From the NCBI GenBank assembly GCA_030704615.1, contig CM060731.1, positions 52,886,001 through 52,950,000 on the forward strand: a stretch of 64,000 bases of DNA, read 5' to 3'. This document shows positions 26,501 to 38,900 of this stretch, one piece after another. The position numbers and the translations under genes are program-made. The DNA comes from Takakia lepidozioides (taxonomy: Eukaryota; Plantae; Bryophyta). The notes below the pieces were generated by a model. The model had not been told where the DNA came from, made no database searches, and saw nothing but the letters and a program-made list of their open reading frames with translations. Each line of letters starts with the position of its first letter. Position 1 is the first letter of the stretch.

Positions 26501-27757
26501 ATGTGGGAGTCTTATGGATGCACATCAAGTGTTCAACAATATGGCTGATCGGAATGTGGTCTCTTGGAACACAATGATCGCAGGATATTCTGATCCCGAG
26601 AAGTGGTGCGGTGGTCTACCAAGGCCTTGTCACACAAAGCCTGAAACTCCCCCAAGAACTCCTCCCTTGGTCCGTGAGTACCTCAGCTGGAGCACCGAAT
26701 CGGCCAAGTACACAATCCAAGAATGCATACGCAGCTTCCTCACTAGCCTTATCAGGCAATGGAACCAACTCGATCCACTTGAAGAAGTGCTCCACCATCA
26801 CCAACACGTACTTGTTATGGCGCATGGTCAGTGGCAATGGCCCTGCGAAGTCAAGATTCCACCTGTAACCCAATCGGGTTTGGAAGGGAGGCCCTCCAAC
26901 TATTTAACCAAATGCAACAGGGTGGCTTGAAGCCAAACAGTATCACCTTTACGTCTATTCTCTCTGATTGTAGCCATGTGGGCCTAGTGGATGAGGGTCG
27001 TCACTACTTTGATTCCATCACTCGAGATTATGGTCTAACTCTTACAATGGAGCATTTTGGCTGCATGGTGGACCTTCTTGGCCGTGCAAGGCAATTGGAT
27101 GAGGCAGAGGAGTTCATTAACAAGATGCCAGTCCAACCAGATGCCTCGGTGTGGGGGGCCTTGCTGGGGGCTTGCCGAATTCATGGTGATCTTGAGGTAG
27201 CAGAGCGTGCAGCCAACTGCCTTCTCAAGCAGGATCCACAGGATGTTGCGACTTATGCGTTGCTGTCAAACATCTATGCTGCGGCTGGCAGGTGGGACGA
27301 TAAAGCAAAGGTGAGACAAATGATGGAGGACAGAGGTGTCAGAAAGGAGCCAGGGCGCAGCTGCATTGAGATTGACAACCAGTTGCATACATTTGTTGTG
27401 GCAGAGGATTTGCATCCACAAATTGAAGAAATCCATGCTGAGCTGGATAGACTGTCTGGTCAGATGAAGGAAGAAGGGTATGTCCCTGACAAACACTTTG
27501 TATTGCATGATGTGGTGGATGAGCAAAAGGAATCTTCTCTTTGCCACCACAGTGAGAAATTGGCCATCGCTTTTGGGCTCATCAGCCTGCCCCCTGGAAG
27601 GCCCATCCGCATCATCAAGAACCTACGGGTGTGCGGTGACTGCCATACTGCAACCAAGTTTATCTCAAAGATTGTTGGGCGAGCAATTGTTATACGGGAT
27701 GCCAACCGCTTTCACCACATTGAAGATGGCGTTTGTTCCTGTGGAGATTACTGGTGA
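23556..27757 (+). pseudogene. PPR-C: PDF-PLS PPR-E-DYW pseudogene
   Basis: Clean upstream exons 23556-23769, 24300-24379, 24639-24811. The main exon from 24993 has frameshifts (~25190, ~25310, ~26025), a stop/deletion at 26418 and an integrase insert. The DYW end is intact (HSEKLA, CGDCH, GDYW). Confidence 0.88.
26592..26870 (-). mobile_element. Ty3/Gypsy-type integrase core fragment inserted in PPR-C
   Basis: WNLDFAGPLP...KYVLVMVEHFFKWIELVPL...RFGAPAEVLTDQG is the rve core. No LTR or TSD seen. Confidence 0.88.
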
Positions 27758-29107
27758 AACAAGCTGTCAGGAAGAAATTGCTTAGGTCAAATTCAGGTCA
27801 TGAAAGTGAAAAGAAACAAGGTGTGTGATTAAAGATGGTTGTCAGTACTGCTGCACTTCTGAGGTACCCAAGGTGACCATCATTATCAAAGTATGGTCAT
27901 CAAATAAGCAGCGGTGAAGTCACATGGAAACTGGTTGTGTGGAGTGGATGACAAATTGCAAGGAACAATAGGCCTGGAAAGAATCTGTACATCTGTATGC
28001 TATGAGGGAGCGCACTGTACACCCAACAAGGTTGAACAAGGGAATCTCCAACGCTCGAAAGAGACTGTTTATTTTAGGGTCAATTTCTCTGGATTTGACC
28101 CGGGAATATCCATTGTTTTGACACATTTTCAGCCATTCTTTTTTGTGTGAGATAGTGCCATAACTGAGTGTTGATCTGACAAGGCATTCAAACAGAAGCA
28201 CGAGACTCTATACAATACCAAACCTCTGGATACCGGAACCCACATACAGAAGGTCTGATTCAAGGGCTGCCAACTGTGGCAAGGGTTGGTGGGAGGCCAC
28301 TGCTGATCAGAATAAGAAAAGATGAGCGGCATTACAGGTTGCCGAAATCTATGGAGGAAATGATAAAAGATGGTGAATACGAGTTGCTTGTCTTGGTCGA
28401 TGGATTCATCTGCCTGTTTGGATCAGTGCATCTTATAATGCTATGGGTGGCTCTTTCAATGGCAGGTAGATCGGCAAGCATAGTCAAGACTTCAAAATTG
28501 TAGACCGGAAGGAAAGATTTGCTGAATTGCTAGACGATGGATCAGTTTTGGTATCAAAAACTCGATTGTTGAGTGATCAAGGGTAAGGATGAGCACAAGG
28601 GTCTGGATGCTTTACAACAACCATACTACCCTGTTTTTGTCCACCTATCAATCCCTCTCTCTATTTGTATGTCCACCTTCGGAATAGTAGCCCCTTTCGA
28701 GGTGAAGTGATGGCGTAACTTACACTAGATTGGACTTTTTCCCCTTTTATGTGTTAGACTGCACATTCACATCGACTGATAGAGACTCAAGATTCCCCCC
28801 AATACATCTATTCTTCACTGCACCAGAAGCGTAGCCTGTCCTATGCACATGATAGTGTCAACACACCGCCATTAGTCCAAGGTAATCATTAAAGAGCTCC
28901 CTCACTTGCTATGGCAGTGGGCCTCTTGCCGATCCTTCATCTCCATTGGCAGTGTTCCCAGGAATCATGCTTCTATTGTGATGATGACCCTTGGAACCCC
29001 ACGGAGAGCCAGTAGCCACTGTTTCTCTCAACTTAACCCTTTATAATGTAGGCTATCCACCTTCACCTTGGAAACCACCCACATTCTTAGTCTGCATGTT
29101 GCTCATT

Positions 29108-31936
29108 TCACCAGTATTCCCCACAAGAACAAACCCCATCTTGGAAGTGGTGAAAGCGGTTGGCATCCCGTATGACAATTGCCCGCCCAACAATTTTTGA
29201 GATGAACTTGGTGGCCGTGTGGCAGTCACCACACACCCGGAGGTTCTTGATGACACGCAGAGGTGTCCCAGGGGGAGTGCTGATGAGCCCAAAAGCAATG
29301 GCCAGCTTCTCACTGTGGTGGCATAGAGCGAATTCCTTTTGCTCCTCCTCCACATCATACAGTACAAAGCGCATGTCAGGCACATACCCAGCCTCCTTCA
29401 TCAGCCTAGATAATCTCTTCAGCTCAGCCTGGATCTCCTCAAAATATGGATGCAACCTGTCTTCAACAACGAATGAATGCACCTGGTTGTTGACCTCAAT
29501 CCAGCTGCACCCTGGCTCCTTCCTGACACCTCTGTCCTTCATCATTTTCCTCACCTTTGCTGCCTCACCCCACCTGTCAGCCGCAGCATATATGTTTGAT
29601 AGCAGCACATAAGTTGGAGCATCATGTGGATCAAGCTTGAGAAGGCAGCTTGCCACACGCTCTGCTAGCTCCACATTGCCATAAATTCTACAGGCACCAA
29701 GCAAGGCCCGCCACACAGAACCACCTAGTTCAATTGGCATCTCGGTAATGAAGTCCTCAGCCTCATCCAATCGACCAGCACGGCTCAGAAGGTCCACCAT
29801 ACAACCAAAATGCTCAACTGTAGGAGGGAGGCCATGATCTCGGCTCATCACATTGAAGTAGTGATGGCCTTCATCCACCAGGCCAACATGGCTACATGCA
29901 GAGAGAACACATGTAAAGGAGATACTGTCCGGCTTCAAGCCTTCCTGTTGCATTTGTTCAAATAATTCCAGGGCTTCCATTCCACACCCATGCTGACCAT
30001 AACCGGCAATCATCCCACTCCATGAGACCACGTCTCGCTTATTCATATTGTCAAACACTCTCCGAGCATCCTTGATGCTCCCACATTTGGCATACATGTC
30101 AACAAGGGTATTCTCCAAGATGATATCTGATGCAATTCCAGCTTTGATGATGTCAGCATGGATCTCTTTGCCGTTTTCCAGGGCTGCCAGGCTGGCACAT
30201 GCCTTGAATATGCAAATGAACGTGACCCTATTGGGTTTAAATCCTTCCCATATCATTTGCTCATATACCTCAAAAGCTTCCCTACCACACCCATTCTGAG
30301 CATACCCTGCAATTATTGTGTTCCATGAGGTAACATCTCGGTTAGCCATGTTGTCAAACACTTGACGTGCATCTTTAGTGCTCCCACATTTGGCATACAT
30401 GTCAACCAGGGTATTCTCCAGAATGAGATCTGGCTCAATTCCAGCTTTCTTGATGTCGGCATGGACCTCTTTGCCCTTTTCCAGGGCTGCCAGGCTGGCA
30501 CAGGCATTAAGAATGCAAATGAATGTGACCCGGTCTGGTGTCAGGCCTTTCTGTATCATTAGCTCATGAGTTTCCAAAGCCATCCTACCACACCCATGCT
30601 GAACACAACCTGCAAGCATAACATTCCAAGAGACCACATCTTTTTCAGCCATATTGTCAAACACTCTATGTGCATCCTTCATGCTCCCACATTTGGCATA
30701 CATGTCAACCAGGGTATTCTCCAGAACAAGGTCTGGCTCAATTCCAGCTTTCATGATGTCAACATGGACCTCAATGCCCTTTTCCAGTGCTGCCAGGCTG
30801 GAACATGCCTTGAGAATGCAAATGAATGTGACCCTGTTGGGCTTCACCCCTTTCTGTATCATCTGCTCATAGGTCTCGAAAGCCTGTCTACCATACCCAT
30901 GCTGAGCGTATCCAGCAATCATTGCACTCCAAGAGACCACATCTTGTTGAGCCATATTGTCAAACACTTGCCTCGCATTGTTCATGTTCCCACATTTAGC
31001 ATACATGTCAACAAGGCTATTCTCCAGAATTACATCTGGCATATGTCCGGAGTTTGTGATAGCGGCATGGACCTTGATGCCCTTTTCCAGGGCTGCCATG
31101 CTGGCGCATGCTTTGAGAACGCTAATAAACGTAACCCTGTTGGGTGTCATCCCTTCTAATATCATTTGCTCATACATCTCCAAAGCCTCCCTACCACACC
31201 CATGCTGAGCATATCCTGTGATCATTGCATTCCATGAAACCACATCTCGTTCAGCCATATTGTCAAACAGTTGACATGCATCCTTCATGCTGCCACATTT
31301 GGCATACATGTCGGCAAGGGCAGTCTCAAGAATGATATCTGGCACAATTACAGCGTTGAGGATGTCAGCATGCACCTCTTTACCCTTTTGCAGAGCTGCC
31401 AGGCTGGCACAGGCCTTGAGAACGCAAATGAATGTGACCTTGTCAGGCATCACCCCTTCACGTATCATTTGGTCATACATCACGAAGGTCTCCGTACCAC
31501 ACCCATGCTTGGCATATCCTCCCATCATTGTATTCCAAGTGAACATATCTCGTTCAGTCATTTTGTTGAACACCAGACGAGCATCCACTAAACTTCCGCA
31601 CTTGACATACATGTTGACAAGGGTGTTAAGTAGATAGATGTTGGGCTTGAATCCACTTCCGGTGAGGTGGGCATGCACATGCTTTCCCTCTGCTAGGCTT
31701 TTCATCCTGATGCACCCCTGCAACAGAGAGATATAAGTATTGGAATCTGCCCAAAAGCATCCTTGTTCCAAGATACGTATCGCCTGTTTCAGTTGTCCTG
31801 CCTTACACAATGTCCTCACATCCTTACAAGCGCCTGGTACGTTCTTGTTCACTCCCTCTCTTAGCCCTCTTTCAACACCAGTAGGCATGGTAGTGGTGCC
31901 AAATTCCAGCAAATGTAACTGATTTGACCCTGCCAT
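29108..31936 (-). CDS. PPR-D: PLS PPR (20 motifs) + E1/E2 + DYW deaminase; intact main exon, upstream exons not identified
   Basis: Open frame from MAGSNQ, preceded by the same GCAG|G-ATG acceptor as its paralogues. PGCSWIE, HSEKLA, CGDCH, ends GEYW. Confidence 0.92.
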   Translation of the reverse strand: MAGSNQLHLLEFGTTTMPTGVERGLREGVNKNVPGACKDVRTLCKAGQLKQAIRILEQGCFWADSNTYISLLQGCIRMKSLAEGKHVHAHLTGSGFKPNIYLLNTLVNMYVKCGSLVDARLVFNKMTERDMFTWNTMMGGYAKHGCGTETFVMYDQMIREGVMPDKVTFICVLKACASLAALQKGKEVHADILNAVIVPDIILETALADMYAKCGSMKDACQLFDNMAERDVVSWNAMITGYAQHGCGREALEMYEQMILEGMTPNRVTFISVLKACASMAALEKGIKVHAAITNSGHMPDVILENSLVDMYAKCGNMNNARQVFDNMAQQDVVSWSAMIAGYAQHGYGRQAFETYEQMIQKGVKPNRVTFICILKACSSLAALEKGIEVHVDIMKAGIEPDLVLENTLVDMYAKCGSMKDAHRVFDNMAEKDVVSWNVMLAGCVQHGCGRMALETHELMIQKGLTPDRVTFICILNACASLAALEKGKEVHADIKKAGIEPDLILENTLVDMYAKCGSTKDARQVFDNMANRDVTSWNTIIAGYAQNGCGREAFEVYEQMIWEGFKPNRVTFICIFKACASLAALENGKEIHADIIKAGIASDIILENTLVDMYAKCGSIKDARRVFDNMNKRDVVSWSGMIAGYGQHGCGMEALELFEQMQQEGLKPDSISFTCVLSACSHVGLVDEGHHYFNVMSRDHGLPPTVEHFGCMVDLLSRAGRLDEAEDFITEMPIELGGSVWRALLGACRIYGNVELAERVASCLLKLDPHDAPTYVLLSNIYAAADRWGEAAKVRKMMKDRGVRKEPGCSWIEVNNQVHSFVVEDRLHPYFEEIQAELKRLSRLMKEAGYVPDMRFVLYDVEEEQKEFALCHHSEKLAIAFGLISTPPGTPLRVIKNLRVCGDCHTATKFISKIVGRAIVIRDANRFHHFQDGVCSCGEYW

Positions 31937-34191
31937 CCTGCACGGTAAAGCACTCAGTTGCTGACCTTCACATTCAAGGTCACACAGAGTATATCTCATA
32001 TACTCGTAGGTACTTGAAAGAAAGCACTTGTCTGGTGAAAGGTTTCATACTAGATATTTGATGGCTTTCTCTTGCCTACGCTTCCAGCATATGTATTACA
32101 TATACTATTCAGAAAGCCTCTGCAATGTCATACTAATGTATGCAAAGACTACCCAGAACCACTTCTGACACTGTGTCCAACTTTACACAGAGAACAAAGT
32201 TACAACAAATAACAAATGTGTATGTAACATAACAAACATCTATGGGAGTACCTAGAAGAACACGCTGGGTAACTGACAGCGGGAGATCAGAACTCTGGAA
32301 CAGCACCATGTGCAAAAGAGGAGGGACTGCCATAGTGAAAGTGCCCTGAGACACCCTCTCCAACAGTTTCCAGGATCATTTCAAGCACAAGAGTACCAAT
32401 GAGACAGTGGATTGATAGCTACAAGAAACATGCGTGGGTAGATGGTTAAATGGAGAAGGCCCCTCACTGTCTCCTTTCAGTTATTCCTGCCTCCATAAGA
32501 AGAACGGATAGTTCCTTCCCCTCGCAAACCATAGTTTTACAGACCAAACACCCACCCATAGCTGCCAGACACTAGTTACTGCGCTGAATTGGTGCTAAAA
32601 GGTAAGTGTGTGTGCATGAGAGAGAGGGAGAAACAGAAAGAATGATGGAGTATCTCCTTGCAAACATTGGCTACCTTTGCAGAAATAATTCAGTGGATAA
32701 CTTACAGGATCCATTGTGGGGTTTGATCTACCAGGGTTCGGAAAAGTGAGCCAAAATATTCATACTCCTGCTTGCACTCAGACAATGAAACAATCTGACT
32801 TCACTCAATGACTTTTGATTTAAGAGCTGGCATGAATCATGTCAGAGAGCTCATGTTAGGGCTAAATTAGCTGTCCCGGTTAGATATGATAACTGTGGGT
32901 TGCACTTCATACGGAAGTGCAAAATAGGAGGGACTGTGGCAATTGACCCTTTGTGATGCATCGCATCAAGGGCATAGTCCCCACCGGATAATCCCCTTGG
33001 GTTGACTGTTTGACATCACCAGGGTATTTGCGACACCTCAAATTTTAATTGGTGCTCCCGCTCGGCCACGATAATCCAGTTACTGTGCAGGGAATCGGTT
33101 GCTTAGTGTGGCGGCATTGCACTCATAGCACTACATTCGTGTCAGCACTGTCCTCTACTCAGCTTGCTGGACAAGTGATGTATGCTAATATGGATGTCCA
33201 GTCCGAAGGGAATTATTCAAGCGTAGACTAAATGGGCTGGCATTGTAGTTATTCTAAAACCTTAAAAAGGACGAGGCTGATCCAGCATTTCTCCACTAGC
33301 TCTAGCTGCAACAATCTGAATGCGGTTGTACTGCCAGTCACATTGTTGAGAGAGAGAGTGTGTGTGTGTGTGTACATCGGCGAGAAAGATTTTGAAAGCA
33401 TCTTGTTGTCAGTAGAACGCATGCATTCACCTTACTGCCTCATCATGCCACTATGGACTAAATATGGGTTCCAAAGCTTCTCAACTTCTGCACTTAGGCT
33501 TTTAGATATCTACCTGTGTTGGGAACCTCATCGTTGAATGAGACCGAGGGCGGATGTGGCCACTCCTTTCTTCCGACCTCCGACTGGCATCCTCGCTCAT
33601 TTCCCTGTCCATGAACCTCGTCCTCCTCCACCGTTCTCCATTGTCCCACGATTGACTTGACACTATTCGATTTCATGCGGTTCGGAAATTGCACACGGTC
33701 GTACTGCGTATATAGTCCACACCCCCTTGAAACTTTGCAGCCCAGGGCCACGGTTGCAAGCACCGTAGAGCGGGGAAGGCTTATGAGGGCACCCCCAGAT
33801 GCCTCGAGGACCGATCCAGTAGGCATGTCCCCCGGGGTTGCCACGCACATGTGGGTTCCCATAGCTGCTCCTTCTCCAACTCTTTACAGAACCCAAATCT
33901 TGGGCTCTCTGTATTTTCACTTTAGACTACGAGGCTCGAGCGTGCTCGCTACAGCACTGGCACTCCTGCTCCTGGATAATACTGCACCTCATTTTGGTGC
34001 GCTACCCATCACCCTCAACATACATGTACGTGCTTCCACAAGAGTTTCGCTTAAGTTGTCTTGTCGGATTGTCCTCCTTTGTTGTTGTGTTTGCATCATC
34101 AGCAGTTGTATAATCATCCATACGTGTAGACTGTCACTATATTGTCCCCATTTCTCACCCACTTGCTGTTCTTCTTCTCAGAGAGAGAAGA

Positions 34192-37100
34192 ATGGCAAAA
34201 CTCTCCGCATCTATCCCCAGCGCGCAGTCGGAGGCCACACCCGAGAATCACTGTTCTTCTTTCGATGGATGGGCAGGGAGAAAGCTCACATCATGCACCA
34301 GATTAGCAGGCCTGGCAGTGGAGGTCAATTGGCTATCCGGATTGGCAGTGTCAGGCAGTCCCTTGCGAATGATAGCTACAATGCCTCCCCATTCTCCAGG
34401 GATTCCGAAGGCAGGTACAGACATTAAAATCTTCGGATTCTTGGGGTCGCTAAACTGTACGGGATCCAGGCTCACAGTGTCCTTGACCCATTCCAGCAGA
34501 AACTAAAATACATCTTCGAAGAAATAAACGTTCTGGACACACTGTGTTCTAATCGAAATCTTATAGTCCTTCTATGAGCTCCTTCAGTACGTGCTGATTT
34601 CATTTTCTGATATGGGCACCTCTCAATTCATACAGTGTGAGGGAGAAGAGAAATGTTATGTATTCACACTCCCGTCATGAGTCATAACCCTTAGGAGATG
34701 CCCTCTTTGAAGTGAACAACGTAATGAGCTTTCTCTCAAGTGAGAGTTATGACGCTAAATAGGGAAGACAGCTCAGTCATCATAACCTTTGTAGGGCCTC
34801 TTAAACGAGAGTGTGCCAGTACTTTGATAGCTCACTCAGGCAATGTAGGGTGTGCATAATACAGATATAGCTCGTTACCAAAGATGGGACACACATTGCT
34901 ATACTGAGCAACAATCGACAGTAGCAATCAGGGGTTTATAAAGGGCAGAGAGAGATATGAACACTGGCAGTTCCCTGGACTTTTGGAGGGCATAATTTTC
35001 GCTGGATATGAAGCCTTGTGGACAAGTTCGGAGTTTTGAGTTTCCAGCGTATGGAAAGTCTGCCCGCAAACGCCCTGGTCCTACCAGTTACCGGTAGAGA
35101 CATCATGCTACCCAACACATAGCTATGCTGCTGTAGGGCCCCAAGCCAAAACACATGTGGCACATTCGTCTCAAATCACACTACCGGAAGTCTGAGAGGA
35201 ATAGAATGTACTCATAAGACTTTGTTTGCAGTAGCCTTGTGGCCTGTTAGAGAGATAGAGTGTACTCATAAGACGTTGTTTGCCGTAGCCTTGTGGCCTT
35301 TGACCCTGCGCCCAGTTTGAGCGGGAACAAAAGGAACAGAACCTACCTCTGTCAGGGGCTGACGTTGGTAGTAAGACTTACCTTCATATAAAGAATTAAT
35401 CCGGGTTTTCCAGATATCCTCTAGAAATCCCTTCACACAAGCATCAATCTGCTGTGTGTGTGTTAGAGAGATAGAGAGAGAGAAGGAGGGGGGGCTCAAT
35501 TCCCTGGAAATCCTATGGTAGCACTCCTGGAAAAAGTCGGACTATTAGGAGGTGGTCAAGGTATGTTAGTGGTGTTGGCATGCATGCCAAACAATGATCA
35601 AAGAATGGCTCTTGTAGAAGTTCTTAAATCCTTCACAGTGGTGGGACGAAAGGTTTGATAAGGTGAAGGTATATGCCTTTAGGACATCAAACAGTTTGTC
35701 CAACATCATGATGTTTTGTGGACTGAATTGTATCTGCGGTTGCTTAAGTTACGGCAAGTCCACTCTTCTCTGTGAAGCAGGCCGAAAGGGGCTGTCACTG
35801 TGCCTATAAGTAGGTTTGCTTGAAAGTATATTCCATGTCTTGTGAAAGATGCGTCAAACTTTGGGTGTAGCTTTGTCTATGGGCCAGTGGTGGTTGAGCT
35901 CAGATGATCACTGGTGGTTTCCGCAGAGAAGTCCAAGAGTGCCAAACTTCAGACATAAGGGCACCAAGGAGTTTCTTTGGATTGAGGGTTGGTCAAACCC
36001 GCAAGCAAAGCCATCTGCCATGACACAAGGTGGAGCACAACTTACTGATAATTCTAGTGTCGGATTACACCATAGCCCAGGAAATGACAGGTATCTTTTA
36101 CGATTGTCATTTCTAACTCAAACAGATTCAGTTGGTTTATCTTCAAAGTAGATGACTGTATAGTCTTATAACCCTGTCAATTGTAGCCACCAGTGTGTCC
36201 TCATGGAGAGATCTTTCCTTAAAGTCTCCAGATTTACGTTGGGTTGAGCACAGTTTGTGATTAGAGTTTTGAGTCATGCAGGGTGGCAGGGTTGAAGCAG
36301 GCACAGCTGTGTGAATCAGACATGTCTATCATGACTAATGCTCTTGAAAGACAACCAAGAGAGGGAGTTAACCAGAATGCTTTTGGCATTTGTGAGGATG
36401 TGAGGATGCTGTGCAAGGCGGGACAGCTGAAGGAGGCGCTGCATATGTTGAGTCAACCAGGCATTTCGGCAAACTCCAATACTTACATCTATCTCTTGCA
36501 AGAGTGCATCAAAACTAAAGACCTAGAAACAGGGCAGCAGGTGCAGGCTCGGATAATTGAAACTGGTTTCAAACCAAATATCTTTCTACTCAACACCCTT
36601 GTCAACATGCATGCCAAGTGTGGTAGTGTGGTGGATGCACGCCAAGTTTTTGACAGGATGCCTCAACGAGATCTGTTTACATGGACTATAATGATGACGG
36701 GATATATGCAGCATCAGCGGGGTAGGAATGCTTTAGACCTCTATGAGCAAATGATATGGGAAGCCGTGACGCCAAACAGGGTCACATTCATCTGTGCTCT
36801 CAAGGCATGTGCTAGCCTCAGAGCTCTGGAAAAGGGCAAAATGGTCCATGCTGACATCATCAAAGCTGGAATTGCACCAGATATCATTTTGGAGACTACC
36901 CTTGCTGATATGTATGCCAAATGCGGCAGCTTAGAGGATGCATGTGATGTGTTTAATAATATGGCTCAACAAAATGTGGTATCGGAGACTGCCCTTCTTA
37001 ACCTGTATGCCAAATATGGAAGCATGAAGGATGCATGCCAAGTGTTTGACAATATGGCTCAACGAAATGTCGTCTCCTGGAGTACAATGATTTCAGGATA

Positions 37101-38520
37101 TTGTAAGCATGGGTGTGATAGGGAGGCACTGGAGATCTATGAAGAAATGATACAAGAGGGTGTGACACCTGACAAAGTCACATTCACTTGCGTTCTCAAG
37201 GCCTGTGCCGGCCTTGGAGCATTGGGAAAGGGCGAAGAGATCCATGCTGACATCATTAAAGCGGGAATTGTGCCAGATATCATCTTGGAGACTGCCCTTG
37301 CTGACATGTATGCCAAATGTGGGCACGTAAATGATGCATGCCAACTCTTTGAAAATCTGACTCAACAAAACGTGGTATCAGAGACTGCCCTTGTTGACAT
37401 GTATGCCAAAGGAGGGAGCATGAAGGATGCACAGCGAGTGTTCGACAAGATGGCTGAAAGAAATGTAGTCTCCTGGAATGTGATGATCGCAGGATATTGT
37501 CACCTTGGGTGCTATAGGGATGCTTTGGAGATCTATGAGCAAATGACGGCGATGCCTGACAATGTCACATTCATATGCGTTCTCAATGTGTGTGCCAACC
37601 TGGCAGACCTGGAAAAGGGGAAAGGGGTCCATGCTGACATAATCAAAGCTGGTATAGTGTCATGTGTTACTTTGGAAAATAGTCTTGTGAACATGTATGC
37701 CAAATGTGGAAGCATCAAGGATGCACATCGAGTGTTTGACAATATGGCTCACCAAGATGTGGTCTCCTGGAATGCAATCATCACAGGATATGCTCAGCAT
37801 GGGTGTGGTAGGGAGGCTTTGGCAATGTATGAGCGAATGAGATTGGAAGGGGTGGCGCCCAACAAGGTCACATTCACTTGCATTCTCAATGCGTGTGCCA
37901 ACCTGGCAACCCTGGAAAAAGGCATAGAAGTCCATGCTGAAATCAGCAAAACACAAATCATGCCAAATATCATTGTGGAGACTGCACTTGTTGACATGTA
38001 TTCCAAATGTGGGAGCTTGACGGGTGCACGTCATGTGTTTGATAGTATGACTCAACGTGATATAGTCTCATGGAGTGTGATGATAGCAGGATATGCTCAG
38101 CACGGGTGTGGTAGGGAAGCTCTTCAATTATTTGAGCATATGCAACAGGAAGGCTTGAAGCCAGACGCCATTACCTTTATATGTGTTCTGTCTGCTTGTA
38201 GCCATGTGGGCCTAGTGGATGAAGGCCGTCACTACTTTGATTCCATGACTCAAGTTCATGGCCTCAACCCTACTGTGGAGCATTTTCGCTGCATGGTGGA
38301 CCTTCTTGGCCGTGCAGGGCAATTGGATGAAGCAGAGAACTTCATCGACAATATGCCAATTGAATTGCGTGCTCTGGTGTGGAGAGGCTTGCTTGGTGCC
38401 TGCAGAAATCATGGCAATGTGTTGCTAGCAGAACATGTGGCAAAATGCCTTCTCAAGTGGGATCCTAAGCACTCAACTCATGTGCTGCAGCTGGCAGGTG
38501 GGATAATAAGGCAAAGTTGA
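34192..38520 (+). pseudogene. PPR-E: PLS PPR truncated after E1, with damaged PDF exons; pseudogene or DYW-less PPR
   Basis: Exons 34192-34414, ~35585-35662 (acceptor AG lost, in-frame TAG), 35927-36090, 36282-38520. The frame is lost at KWDPKH. Confidence 0.8.
35205..35460 (-). mobile_element. Two adjacent LINE 3'-end fragments (~40 bp at 35205-35244 and 200 bp at 35261-35460) in PPR-E intron 1
   Basis: Near-identical to 5946-6146. 16-bp TSD TGTTAGAGAGATAGAG at 35245-35260 and 35461-35476. Confidence 0.9.
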
Positions 38521-38716
38521 GAAAGAGCTCACAAGTAAACGAGATATGGAGATAGCGACTAAGGTTGCAGTTTCCAGGGAGGATACAGGTATCAGGAAAG
38601 ACTCGGGATCTGCTGCCTGGGTATCACTGGCCAAGTTCTCACATCATTGGAGTAGTAGACAGAATAGCCCATGAATTCAGGAATGCATGCCAACTTGAGG
38701 AGATCTTCTGTGCAGA

Positions 38717-38900
38717 ATGAAGGAGGCCCCGTCATGTACAGGGGTACGAAGGAACTTTGTCATTTCCACCACTGTGGGTAGTTGTTCATATTCTATGCAG
38801 CACTACCTGCTAGGACGCCTTGTATTGTCACAAAGAACCCTCCGGGTGTGTGGTGACTGCCAAACTGTTACTAAGTGCGTATCGAGTCTTGCGCTTTCTC
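38717..38900 (+). pseudogene. Decayed DYW-domain remnant of PPR-E
   Basis: MKEA...RTLRVCGDCQTVTK resembles MKEAGY...[14 protein letters not shown]; the HSEK motif and DYW end are lost. Confidence 0.75.

Noticed and set aside
11757-31936. U-to-C (DYW:KP) editing factors
   Set aside because: All DYW domains have a PG box, HSEKLA and D/EYW ends typical of C-to-U enzymes.
33494-34190. ORFs 33657-34427 (+) and 33494-33862 (-) as independent genes
   Set aside because: No recognisable motifs, and they overlap the PPR-E leader/promoter region; could not be supported.
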